This document shows, in pieces, positions 1 through 8,940 of a DNA stretch of 64,000 bases. Source of the stretch: Azolla caroliniana (taxonomy: Eukaryota; Plantae; Polypodiophyta). Under the pieces are notes generated by a model. The model worked only from the letters and a program-made list of their open reading frames with translations, ran no database searches and was not told the origin of the DNA. The stretch covers positions 18,166,001 through 18,230,000 of the forward strand of contig JBHGNT010000004.1 in the NCBI GenBank assembly GCA_043228905.1, read 5' to 3'. Position numbers and translations under genes: made by a program. Each line of letters starts with the position of its first letter. The first letter of the stretch is position 1.

Positions 1-1034
1 AGGCCTTCCTCCATTCGCCGTCTGTCGTCTTCTACCAACTTCCGTTGTTCTCTTTCGTTATCTCTCAATGCCTCCTGAGCCTGTAATTCTTCTTTCAAAG
101 TTGCTATTAACTTCTCGGTCTCAGGGCCGGTTTGCAAGGCCTTCTCCGTTTCTGGTTCGGCTTGCTTTTCTGATGTCCCGACCGGCTCGGTGCCATCTTG
201 TGCTTGTCGGCTGCCTTCTTTTGCCTGTGCTAGCTCTTCTTGCAGCTCATGTAATTGTGCCCGGAGCATGACCATATCCTTAGTCGTCGTCCTAGTCACT
301 TCTTCTCTTTGCTCCTCCTCTTTCTCCATCTGGTCTGCTACTCCCGACAACTGCCCTGACAACCACCTTAGCCATTGTGCCTTTGTTCTGCCTTCGTTGG
401 TGTCAGCAGGCGTGCCTAGCTCCGGCTGTTTTTCCGGCTGTTTCTCCGGCCTCTTCTCTTGTTCCGGCGCTTGTTCCTTTCTTTGTTCTTCGAACTCCGC
501 CGCCGTCGGTTCCGGTACTGCCGTCTTTGGTGCAGACGAACCTTCATCCTGTGTCGCTTCTGTTCTGGTTACTGGAGGCGGTTCTTTTGCCCGTTGCTGA
601 GTTCCGTCCGCTGTTGGGGTCGGTCTTGTCGCTCGTTTCTCCTTTCCTTGCCTGGGTGGTAGTATTAACATCGGTTCGGATGAGTCTTCCTCTGTTTCAG
701 CGTCCTCCGTCGGTGCCACTATTGGTTCCTTTACTGGTACCGGTTCCGATTCGAGCGTTACTGGTTCGGTGTCGGTTTGCCTCTTGCTGGTCTTCTTTGC
801 CACCTTCTCCTTGCCTTTTTCCGCCTTTTTCTTCTTCGTTGTCGGTTGCTGTTGCTGTTTCTGTGGCTGCCGTGATGAGCCTTCCTCCCGTTGCTGTCGG
901 GAGGAGTCTTCTTCCCTCGGTTGTCGAGATGAGCCTTCTTTCCGCGGCTGTCGGGATGATCCCTCTTCTGGCGGCGCTTCTTCTTCCTGTGTCCATCCTG
1001 GAGTGTGTTTCTCTAGGATTCGTCGGCGTTTCAT
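1..1034 (-). CDS. Accessory ORF downstream of pol (charged, low-complexity, then coiled-coil); open to the window edge, at least 344 codons
   Basis: Manual translation from ATG 1034 has no stop down to base 1: MKRRRILEKHTPG...AQWLRWLSGQLSGVADQMEKEEEQ...LKEELQAQEALRDNERE. It is absent from the ORF track because it has no stop in the window. An in-frame upstream ATG at 1103 is interrupted by one TAG. Confidence 0.8.
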   Translation of the reverse strand, partial: MKRRRILEKHTPGWTQEEEAPPEEGSSRQPRKEGSSRQPREEDSSRQQREEGSSRQPQKQQQQPTTKKKKAEKGKEKVAKKTSKRQTDTEPVTLESEPVPVKEPIVAPTEDAETEEDSSEPMLILPPRQGKEKRATRPTPTADGTQQRAKEPPPVTRTEATQDEGSSAPKTAVPEPTAAEFEEQRKEQAPEQEKRPEKQPEKQPELGTPADTNEGRTKAQWLRWLSGQLSGVADQMEKEEEQREEVTRTTTKDMVMLRAQLHELQEELAQAKEGSRQAQDGTEPVGTSEKQAEPETEKALQTGPETEKLIATLKEELQAQEALRDNEREQRKLVEDDRRRMEEG

Positions 1035-1267
1035 GGTTTGCTTCGGGGTAGTCTCCTGCCGACTTCTTTGCTGCGTGTGTCGAATCTCCTACGTGTCTGT
1101 CATTATGACTCCTTAATTGACGCGCGTTTTAAATCCTGTACCTCGGCCCCCCACGTTCTGTGCTTTAAATAGCTCGTGCACCCGTGTGACGGTTGTAACT
1201 ACCTACTTCATCATTACCATGATTTTCTTGATCTTCTTGTCTTGAATTGACCGTAGCACCACGTCAT

Positions 1268-1323
1268 CATTATTATTATTTTTATTTTTATTTTATTTTT
1301 TTTTATTTTTTTTTATTTTTTCT

Positions 1324-1363
<40 letters not shown>
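1268..1363. repeat. T-rich / poly-T tract (poly-A on the element strand) between pol and the accessory ORF
   Basis: About 95 nt of nearly pure T. Confidence 0.9.
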
Positions 1364-1368
<5 letters not shown>

Positions 1369-1472
1369 ATGCCGCATCATTGTTCGGTTCCCCCCAATGT
1401 GTTCGGGTTGGTGCGCCCTGTTGTCGGTTCCTCGTTGTTACGCGTCGCTGTCGGCTCCTCGGTCCTCCGTAT

Positions 1473-4400
1473 CTATGTCGGTTCCTCGCCATTCAGGATG
1501 TCCGGTTCTTGCTTGAAGGGGTTAGCTGGCATGTGCCCCTTATACGGTTTTAGGCGAAAACCATTTGCCCATTTGCCCACAACTTCTCCTGACAACGTCC
1601 CGAGCTGGTAAGACCCATTGTACTCCTTTGTGATCCAGAATGGTCCGGTCCACCGAAATCGCAATTTCCCTGGCATGCTCCCCATCCTTGTCTGGAACAG
1701 TAATACAGGTTTCCCGACCTCGAATTGCTTTTCGTTACCGCGCCGGTGTCGGTCTACAAAGGCTTTCCTCCTCCTTTGCTCTAGTTCTAGCTGTAGCAGG
1801 CTGGCTATTCGATTTTCTTCCAGTTCTAACAGCATCTTCAGCCGGATTCGTTCGGATTCCTTCTCGCTTAACCGCTCCTTAACCTGTATTCTTAAGCTAG
1901 GAATTTGGAATTCTACTGGCATGACTGCTTCCAAGCCGAATGCCAGTCGGAACGGGGTCGTCCGGATGCTGGTCTTGTACGCCGTTCGGTACGCCCACAG
2001 CACGCTCTGCAACTTCGTGTCCCAGTCGGTCCGGTTCTCATTGACGATTTTTCTAAGGATGTTCTGTAGCGTTTTATTCGTTGATTCCGCTAATCCGTTG
2101 GCTTGAGGGTAGTAGGGAGTGCTTCGTTTGTGTACTACCGCATAGAATGATGTCAAACTTTCCACCACCTGCCCGAGGAAATGTCCTCCCTGGTCACTGA
2201 TCAGCTCAATCGGGCATCCGTACCGACACCATATGCATTCATATAAAAATTTGGCCGTGGACGCCGCCGTGTTGTCCCGTAGTGCCTTTGCTTCTACCCA
2301 TTTGGTGCAGTAGTCGGTAGCCACTATTATATACCGATTTCCGGTCCGCATTGCCGGTGGCTTAAACGGGCCGACAAAGTCCAAGCCCCACTTTTGGAAT
2401 GGTTCTAATGGCAAGACCGGGTGATGTGGCATCCGGGCTTGCTCCGTGGGTTGGCCCAGTCGTTGACACAGGTCGCATTCCCTGCTATACTTAACGGCAT
2501 CTCTCATGGTCGTCGGCCACCATAGTCCGCTCTGCCATATCTTCCGGGCTGTTGTTTCGCCGGCATAATGCCCGCCTGCAATTCCACAGTGGGCTTCCCT
2601 TAGGATCAGATCCTTTTCATCGCTCCGCACTGCTCGCCTCCATACGCCATCTGCCCCCTTGTGATAGAGGGTGTCTCCTACCAAGCAGAAATGTCTGCTC
2701 CGTACTGCCATCCTTTTCCGTTCGTCCCAGTCCAGGTTTTCCGGGGGAACTCCGGTGCTCAGGAACTGATGCATTTCGGTTAACCATTTGTCTTCGTCCG
2801 CTACTGTGGTCTCCGTTGCCGGTGCCGTCGTGACCTTAAACAGCTCGGCGTCGGGAAATTCGTCCTGTACGCCGTCCCCTGATTCTCCGGATTCTAGTCT
2901 GCTCAGGTAGTCTGCTACCGCATGCTGCACCCCGGGTCGGTGGAAAATGTCGAATTCGAATTCCTGTAATAGCAGCGTCCACCGTGCGAGTTTTCCTGTC
3001 AGGGCTGCCTTTGAGACCAGGTAGAGTAGTGCCGAGTGGTCAACGTGGAAAGAGAACTTTCGTCCGAGCAGATAGTGCCTGTACTTTGTGACACTGTACA
3101 CCATTCCTAATGCCTCTCGTTCCGTTGTAGAGTAGTTCCGTTCGGCTTTCGAGAGTTTCCTGCTTGCGTAGTACACCGGCCGATACCAGTTCGGTTCCGT
3201 GAGTTGCATCAAAACGCTGCCGATTGCTACGTCCGACGCGTCGACGAACACGTGAAAGCTTTTACTCCAGTCCAGCGGCTGCACCACCGGAGCTTGTGAC
3301 AGCATTACCTTCAATGCTTGGTAGGCTTTCTGCTCCGTTTCTGTCCATTGGAAAGGTACTCTATGTACAGCAGCGTGCAATGGTGTAGCAAAGTCGGCAA
3401 GGTGCCGTATCATCCGACTATGCCACCTTATTTGACCAAGGAATCGGCTTAAAGCCTTTGCGCTATTCGGTGCCGGTGCGTCGAGAATTGCTTTTACCTT
3501 ATCCGGATCTACCGCGATTCCTTCCCGACTCACCACGTGGCCTAACAAGTTGCCGCTTGCGACTCCAAAGACGCACTTAGCTGGGTTCAGACTTAATCGG
3601 TACTCGCGGCACTTTTCTAAGCATAGTCGTAGGTGATCGAGATGCTCTCCGTGTCGGCTGTAGACGGCGAAATCGTCTAGGAAGACCTGCATGAAACCGG
3701 GAATAAAATCACCGAAGATTTCCATAATTATTCTTTGAAATGTTGCAGGGGCTGTCTTTAATCCGAACATCATCACGACCGCTACGAACACTCCCCATTC
3801 CGTCACGAACGTTGTTTTCTCTTGGTCGGCCGGGTTCATTCGGATTTGGTTGTAGCCGCTGAATCCATCCAGGAAGCTGTAAACTTCGTGGCCGGCCACC
3901 GCATCTAGCACTCCGTCCGTGAATGGTAGTGGAAAAGCGTCGGTCACTGTCGCGGCATTTAGTTTCCTGTAGTCCACACATACCCGGATTTTGCCGTTCT
4001 TTTTCGGGACCACCACTATCGGGCTTAGCCAGGTTGCCTGCTTGACTGGTCGGATAAATCCGACCCGGAGAAGCTTGTCAATTTCGTCCTTCACCTTTGC
4101 CGCATAGTTTGGATTCATCCGGTACCGACGCTGAGCGATGGGTTTCGCGTCAGTACTTAGATGAATTTGATGCTGGTAGAGCTGGGGGTCCAACCCTCGC
4201 ATGTCTTCGTATGACCATGCGAACACGTCCTTGAAAGCCGTTAACAGTGCTACCATTGCCTGTTTTTCCTCCTTCGGCAATTCCTTCGCAACTTTTACCG
4301 GTCGGGGTTGTTCTGTTGTGCCGAGGTCCACCTCTTCCAGCTGGGATGCTTTCACCCTTTGGGATATCGTCATTTCTCTTTCTAGGGCTTCCTGTGCTTG

Positions 4401-7157
4401 GCGTAGTTCCCGGATCGCCACTTTGTCCGGCTCGTCCGGCATTGTGATGTACGGCTCTACTGCTGCCGTGATATCCACCTCAAAAAGTGGGACGATCTGT
4501 GGGTGTTCCTCGAGGTACCGATCAACTTCCTCATCCGGTAAGCCCTCCAACATGTTGATGCTTTCGGCATATAAAGGGGTTGCCTCCTTGCTAGTGAGCA
4601 CCCGTGGTTGCGTGGCTACCCGTACCTTTGTTTTCCCTCGTCGGAACGTGATCATATTCTTTTGCCAGTTTTGCTTAATATGCGCCGTTCGCAGCCATGG
4701 TCGTCCTAACAGTAGGGGATATGCGCCTTGTACATTCAGCTCTAGTACCACGGCCGATATTCGGAATACGTGGCCTCCTATTGTGACTTCCAAGTCCCGG
4801 ATAAGACCATTTGGTCGGACTGAGCTTGTATCCGCCATGCGTAACCAGAAGGGGCATGGTTCCCACTCCTGGATGCCTAGGTCGTCGCATGTCTGTCGAC
4901 TAATGACGTTCACCCCGGAGCCTCCGTCAATAATTGTTCCTGGAATCTCCTTTCCTTTGACGATTGTCGTGATTGCTGGGCTACTGGTATCAACCACCGC
5001 TGGGCCTTCCTCCGGGTTGGAGAAAAATGCCGGTGCTGGCGTCGGCGTTGGTTTGCTCACGGCGGCTTGTAAGTCTGCTGTAAACCGCGGCACCAACTGC
5101 AGTAACCGTGCCAATGGCAGCACGATCTGACAATCTTGTAGTGCTTGCCATGTCGGGTTTTCTCCTGGCTGTACGATTTCCTCCTCCCTTGGCATATTTT
5201 GGTTTCTTACTTCCGCCGCACCTTGTTCGTTGGCTTCTTTGATCCATTGTGCCGCTTGTTTTCTGATTGCTTCCTGGGCTTCCCATTCGGCGGCCTTCCC
5301 CTTCGACCGCGTGGTAACCTGCTGTACTTCGGCTGTCACCATGTTGACGGCTGGCTGCTTGTCGGCTGTTTTGCTTGGGCATTGATTACTGTAATGCCCT
5401 TCTTTTCGGCAGTAATAACAGTACACCCTGTGCGTGTTGCTGGATTCTCCTTTTTCCCATGTTTGGGGGAGGGGCGTTCCCCGGCGGTTGTCCTCGGTTT
5501 TTCGGTTCTCCGGTGCCGCTACTGGTTTGTCATTCCTTGTTGCCTCCCGACGCTCCTCTCTACGGAAGAATCCACGCCTTTGGTTCCGTCGGAAATTCCG
5601 GTTCCCTGGCCGCCTTTCTTCTCTGGGTCGCTCGTATTCCGGGGATTCGTCTCGGTCGTACCGGTCCCGGGGGTAGCTATCCCTTCGGTTCTCCTCTCGG
5701 TCGTACCGGTCCCGGGGGTAGCTATCCCTTCGGTTCTCCTCTCGGTCATAGCTGTCGCGTCTTCTATCGGGGTATCTGTCGCCGCGTTCTCGTCGGTAGC
5801 GGTCGTCCCTCCGGAATCGATCCTCTTCCGGGTCCCGATTGCGCGGTTCTATGTGTCGGACCGGTGCCGCTTGTCGAGTTAACAGGTTATACTCGCATTG
5901 GTTCGTTGTGTGGGCGCGAGAATTGCATATCATGCACTGTGCACGCAGGGTGCAGTCGACGGTCGAGTGGCCCGAATTTAGGCATGTTGTGCATTGTAGG
6001 GCTTGTCGGAACCGGAGGTCCTCCTCCTTCGGAAGCGCCTGGTGTAACGCCCCCATCGGCAAGAAGGAGCTCGTGTTGTCCATTTCCAGGACCCGATCAA
6101 TGACTTGGTCCATTGTGCTGGTGCTGAAATCGAGGATTCCACACATCGCTCGAAGTGGGTCTTTTAACGCAGCCAAAAAGACTGCCTTGGCCTCCTCTTC
6201 GGGTGGTGCTCTTGCTAATTGACTGTGCAAGGTCTGGAAACGAATGATAAATTGTGGGACCGTCTCGTTTTCTCCCTGCCGAGTGGTGTAGAATTGTCCG
6301 ACCAATTCCCTTTGTTCCACTCGTCTATGAAACAAGCGTAAAAACTGGGTTTTCAATGCCTCGAACGTGGCGAAGCTGCCTGGTAAGTGCTTGTCGTGCC
6401 ACCGGGCCGCCGGTCCTTCTAATGTCATGCCGAATTCGGCGACTTTGGATCGGTCGGCCTCGGGCTCCGTCAGTCTCTGGGACACGTGGTTGGCTTCCCA
6501 TGTTCGCAGGAATGCATACACATGTGCCTCTCCGTCGGGCTCATCCCGATACTTTGGGTACGGATACGGCATCGTGTCGTCCCACTGATTCTCCTGCGCT
6601 GGTTCCTCCGATGTCGGTCTCCGCTCCTGCGGTTCCTCCGCAGGTGGTGTTGGTATCCGCTCCTGCGGTTCCTCCGCGGGTGGTGTTGATAACCGCTCCT
6701 GCGGTTCCTCCGCGGGTGGTGTTGGTATCCGCTCCTCCCTCCTCGGCGATTGCCGGTCACCGAACTCCAGAGTTATTTCCTCCTCTGGCTCCGATGTTGC
6801 TGAGCGATCCAACTCAAAGGGGTTGTTCTCGTGGCTGCTTTTATAGCGGGATCCCACGCTTTCCCCGTTATCCGAATCCGCCTCTAATGTTGCAAATGCC
6901 GCTGCGTCCCCGTCGCCGCCAGCGAGAGTCTGTAGTAGTGTCTCCGCTTCTTGGAGGCTGGTTATGCTACTGCCTTCGTCGGAAGCTTGTAGAACCTGGA
7001 ACTGCAGTGCGTCTTCTGCGATTTGCCGAAGCGTTTTTGAGAATGACCGATCGCGCCGGATCTCGTCGACGGCTTGCTGCAGGGCTTCCCGTCGTCGCTG
7101 CCGTTCGGCGTGGCGTCTCCCTCTTTCGGTGATGTGGTCGTTATTTTGTCTAGACAT
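1473..7157 (-). CDS. Intact gag-pol polyprotein, about 1894 aa (Gag, 3 CCHC knuckles, aspartic protease, RT, RNase H, integrase)
   Basis: Knuckles CTTCLNSGHSTVDC, CMICNSRAHTTNQC, CYYCRKEGHYSNQC; PR IIDGGSG; RT LDGFSGYNQI and VFLDDF; RH FVDASD; INT HHCC plus [14 protein letters not shown]. First ATG after the PBS is at 7157; the track's start at 7241 lies inside the LTR. Confidence 0.93.
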   Translation of the reverse strand: MSRQNNDHITERGRRHAERQRRREALQQAVDEIRRDRSFSKTLRQIAEDALQFQVLQASDEGSSITSLQEAETLLQTLAGGDGDAAAFATLEADSDNGESVGSRYKSSHENNPFELDRSATSEPEEEITLEFGDRQSPRREERIPTPPAEEPQERLSTPPAEEPQERIPTPPAEEPQERRPTSEEPAQENQWDDTMPYPYPKYRDEPDGEAHVYAFLRTWEANHVSQRLTEPEADRSKVAEFGMTLEGPAARWHDKHLPGSFATFEALKTQFLRLFHRRVEQRELVGQFYTTRQGENETVPQFIIRFQTLHSQLARAPPEEEAKAVFLAALKDPLRAMCGILDFSTSTMDQVIDRVLEMDNTSSFLPMGALHQALPKEEDLRFRQALQCTTCLNSGHSTVDCTLRAQCMICNSRAHTTNQCEYNLLTRQAAPVRHIEPRNRDPEEDRFRRDDRYRRERGDRYPDRRRDSYDREENRRDSYPRDRYDREENRRDSYPRDRYDRDESPEYERPREERRPGNRNFRRNQRRGFFRREERREATRNDKPVAAPENRKTEDNRRGTPLPQTWEKGESSNTHRVYCYYCRKEGHYSNQCPSKTADKQPAVNMVTAEVQQVTTRSKGKAAEWEAQEAIRKQAAQWIKEANEQGAAEVRNQNMPREEEIVQPGENPTWQALQDCQIVLPLARLLQLVPRFTADLQAAVSKPTPTPAPAFFSNPEEGPAVVDTSSPAITTIVKGKEIPGTIIDGGSGVNVISRQTCDDLGIQEWEPCPFWLRMADTSSVRPNGLIRDLEVTIGGHVFRISAVVLELNVQGAYPLLLGRPWLRTAHIKQNWQKNMITFRRGKTKVRVATQPRVLTSKEATPLYAESINMLEGLPDEEVDRYLEEHPQIVPLFEVDITAAVEPYITMPDEPDKVAIRELRQAQEALEREMTISQRVKASQLEEVDLGTTEQPRPVKVAKELPKEEKQAMVALLTAFKDVFAWSYEDMRGLDPQLYQHQIHLSTDAKPIAQRRYRMNPNYAAKVKDEIDKLLRVGFIRPVKQATWLSPIVVVPKKNGKIRVCVDYRKLNAATVTDAFPLPFTDGVLDAVAGHEVYSFLDGFSGYNQIRMNPADQEKTTFVTEWGVFVAVVMMFGLKTAPATFQRIIMEIFGDFIPGFMQVFLDDFAVYSRHGEHLDHLRLCLEKCREYRLSLNPAKCVFGVASGNLLGHVVSREGIAVDPDKVKAILDAPAPNSAKALSRFLGQIRWHSRMIRHLADFATPLHAAVHRVPFQWTETEQKAYQALKVMLSQAPVVQPLDWSKSFHVFVDASDVAIGSVLMQLTEPNWYRPVYYASRKLSKAERNYSTTEREALGMVYSVTKYRHYLLGRKFSFHVDHSALLYLVSKAALTGKLARWTLLLQEFEFDIFHRPGVQHAVADYLSRLESGESGDGVQDEFPDAELFKVTTAPATETTVADEDKWLTEMHQFLSTGVPPENLDWDERKRMAVRSRHFCLVGDTLYHKGADGVWRRAVRSDEKDLILREAHCGIAGGHYAGETTARKIWQSGLWWPTTMRDAVKYSRECDLCQRLGQPTEQARMPHHPVLPLEPFQKWGLDFVGPFKPPAMRTGNRYIIVATDYCTKWVEAKALRDNTAASTAKFLYECIWCRYGCPIELISDQGGHFLGQVVESLTSFYAVVHKRSTPYYPQANGLAESTNKTLQNILRKIVNENRTDWDTKLQSVLWAYRTAYKTSIRTTPFRLAFGLEAVMPVEFQIPSLRIQVKERLSEKESERIRLKMLLELEENRIASLLQLELEQRRRKAFVDRHRRGNEKQFEVGKPVLLFQTRMGSMPGKLRFRWTGPFWITKEYNGSYQLGTLSGEVVGKWANGFRLKPYKGHMPANPFKQEPDILNGEEPT
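5650..5750 (-). repeat. 45-bp coding tandem repeat x2 (YDREENRRDSYPRDR)
   Basis: Perfect direct repeat visible in DNA and protein. Confidence 0.9.
6600..6735 (-). repeat. 36-bp coding tandem repeat x3-4 (ERIPTPPAEEPQ)
   Basis: Repeated ctcctgcggttcctccgc units. Confidence 0.9.
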
Positions 7158-7192
7158 CCATCCCCCGGTTGTCCTCTGCACTCTGCAGGAAT

Positions 7193-7203
7193 CGTGGTCG
7201 CCA
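7193..7203 (-). promoter_or_regulatory. Primer-binding site TGGCGACCACG (probably tRNA-Arg)
   Basis: Lies 6 nt from the LTR end; the same motif occurs in Gypsy-2 at 34586-34596; tRNA identity is from recalled plant tRNA-Arg(UCG) 3' end. Confidence 0.7.
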
Positions 7204-7209
7204 AAATAG

Positions 7210-7604
7210 TGTTGTATGTATGGCTGGACTAGCCGCAACACAGGTGTCTATCCGACACTTCTCCAAAGGGGTGGTAGGGATAGGATGTTAATACACGCGT
7301 ATGATAATTACACTTAAGCACAGACGAAGACAAGATTAATCAGCATAAGCAAAACTATATTAATTCTTCGCCCTTCATTACAAAACATCGGATCCTTTTA
7401 TAGGCATCCGGCCAGATTACAATCGGTGCTTGATAAGCAACCGTTAACCGAAACCGAATCGGTTCGGATCCGGATCGGTTACAACTACCGGATCCGTCCC
7501 TCCTAATAATTCTATTCCTATTTCTATATTTATCCGATCCGACCTTGCTTTCCCATTTGCCTTCTCTGACCGGCCAACAAACCATATTTGATCCGGCGTT
7601 GACA
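7210..7604 (-). repeat. 5' LTR of Gypsy-1 (about 395 bp, TGTCA...CAACA)
   Basis: TG...CA ends next to the PBS; shares a CCCCTTTGGxGAAGTGTC...TAGACACC block with the Gypsy-2 LTR. Confidence 0.75.
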
Positions 7605-8290
7605 TCAGATTCTATAAGTTGAGCACACGGGCTTGCCAGAACCAGTAGGAAAGTGCAGAACTGAGGAGGAGAGAATGACACCTTCCCGAGCACCACAGAC
7701 GAGAGTCGATTGCATGCATAGATTAGGATAGACCAACACAAAGATCACATGAACAGTAGACCGGATACAATGAAATCAAATAATCGATTAAGTGCAGACA
7801 AGAGTACAAAGAATGGCCTTAAGCCGAGAAACAGAGCTTCAGGCTCAATAACCACGCAGACAGGTGAGCCTCTGGTCGGGAGCACATGAGCGTCCTGCGA
7901 GCAGAGGCCTCATAGTATCTAACCAAATCAATAGAACAAAAAACTCCTATTGTGCTTCGATAGTTAAAACCGATAGCCCCTTCCCCCTCTAAAACGATTG
8001 ATCCCCTTAACAGTTTTCCTCCCCTCCTTTTATAGCTCAAGGAGGGTCAATTACATCAATAGTTAAGACAATCGTTTCTGTCAAAGATTCTCCCACGATT
8101 CCCTTTGTCCTCACACACTATCATTCCCCTCTTTTTGTGGGATTATAAAGTACCTATTAAAAGCTCCAGTTTTGAACTTATTAGTCCTATGTTATTTACA
8201 ATTGGTTATACAAAGGCCTCTTTTTATGTGCATTCGTGCACTCCCCTATTCACACGCGGTCGGCGAGTGTTTCCCTTGTGGCCGGAATCC
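7605..8290 (-). mobile_element. Unclassified LTR-like remnant into which Gypsy-1 inserted
   Basis: TATA-like CTATAAAAGGAGGGG on the minus strand near 8020-8036; no coding content. Confidence 0.3.
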
Positions 8291-8940
8291 TCCACGACGA
8301 CGTGTGCCGGAGACGAGTTGGATTGACGAAGCACCCCATGCTAGAGTGAAGGTGGAGTTTGTTGAGAAATAGGTCCCTCTGTATGGGAAGGAGAGCACAA
8401 GTCAGAGAGAAGAGTAAGCTGAATTGGTCGACAGTAACTCGGCTGAGGCCGAAAATCGACCAATTCCCAATTCGGTCGAGATCGAAAAGAGAACAATAAT
8501 TGATTCGGATAATAACCGAATCGATCGAACCCGACTCGAGGCTATATTTGTAAATAGCCTCAATGTGCCCTTAGTGAGCTATGTTTGTAAATAGCTCATA
8601 TTGTATATGAGTATAAATATAGTTAGGGCAAGTAGTTAGAAATGTAGTAGGGTTAGTTATCACTATACAAAGTTGTAATCTATGTGAGGTGAAGAGAGTG
8701 AGTGTGAGTGTAATCGTCAGTTAGACAAAGACAAGCGCAAGGTTGTTGCCTGTGAGTCTCCTTTGTCTTCTCTCCTCCTATAGAGGAATAGTTTGGAGTC
8801 TGTGGGCTCCTGTGGTTTCTCCCGTTTCAGGGTTTCCACGTTAATATCTTGTGTCTCTATGTCAGTGCATCATTTTCTGTTATTTCAGTTTTCTGTCCTT
8901 CTCATTTGTGCTTGGAAATCAGTTGTGGCCGATCCCAATA
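8290..8940 (+). mobile_element. Truncated Ty1/copia 3' end: last pol codons, PPT and about 580-bp LTR (8360-8940), related to Copia-A
   Basis: CRRRVGLTKHPMLE* matches the Copia-A end (CRKRIGLTRNPMLE*); PPT gtgaaggtggag; LTR shares gtgggctcctgtggttt...ttccacgttaa and gttgtggccga with the Copia-A LTR. Confidence 0.75.

Larger units (their letters stand above)
1..7604 (-). mobile_element. Ty3/gypsy LTR retrotransposon 'Gypsy-1', Athila-like non-chromovirus; 3' end lies outside the window
   Basis: 5' LTR 7210-7604, PBS, single gag-pol ORF with PR-RT-RH-INT order and an extra ORF downstream of pol; RH-INT linker (DEFPDAELF) and INT end (RWTGPF...NGFRLKPY) resemble Athila elements. Confidence 0.9.

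Noticed and set aside
68-1116. Plus-strand hydrophobic or Cys/Ser-rich ORFs (e.g. 377-1051) that look like membrane or env proteins
   Set aside because: They are antisense shadows of the purine-rich minus-strand accessory ORF; the conserved motifs are on the minus strand
7158-7241. N-terminal extension of the 1922-aa ORF in the track
   Set aside because: It uses a non-ATG start inside the LTR/PBS; the first ATG is at 7157
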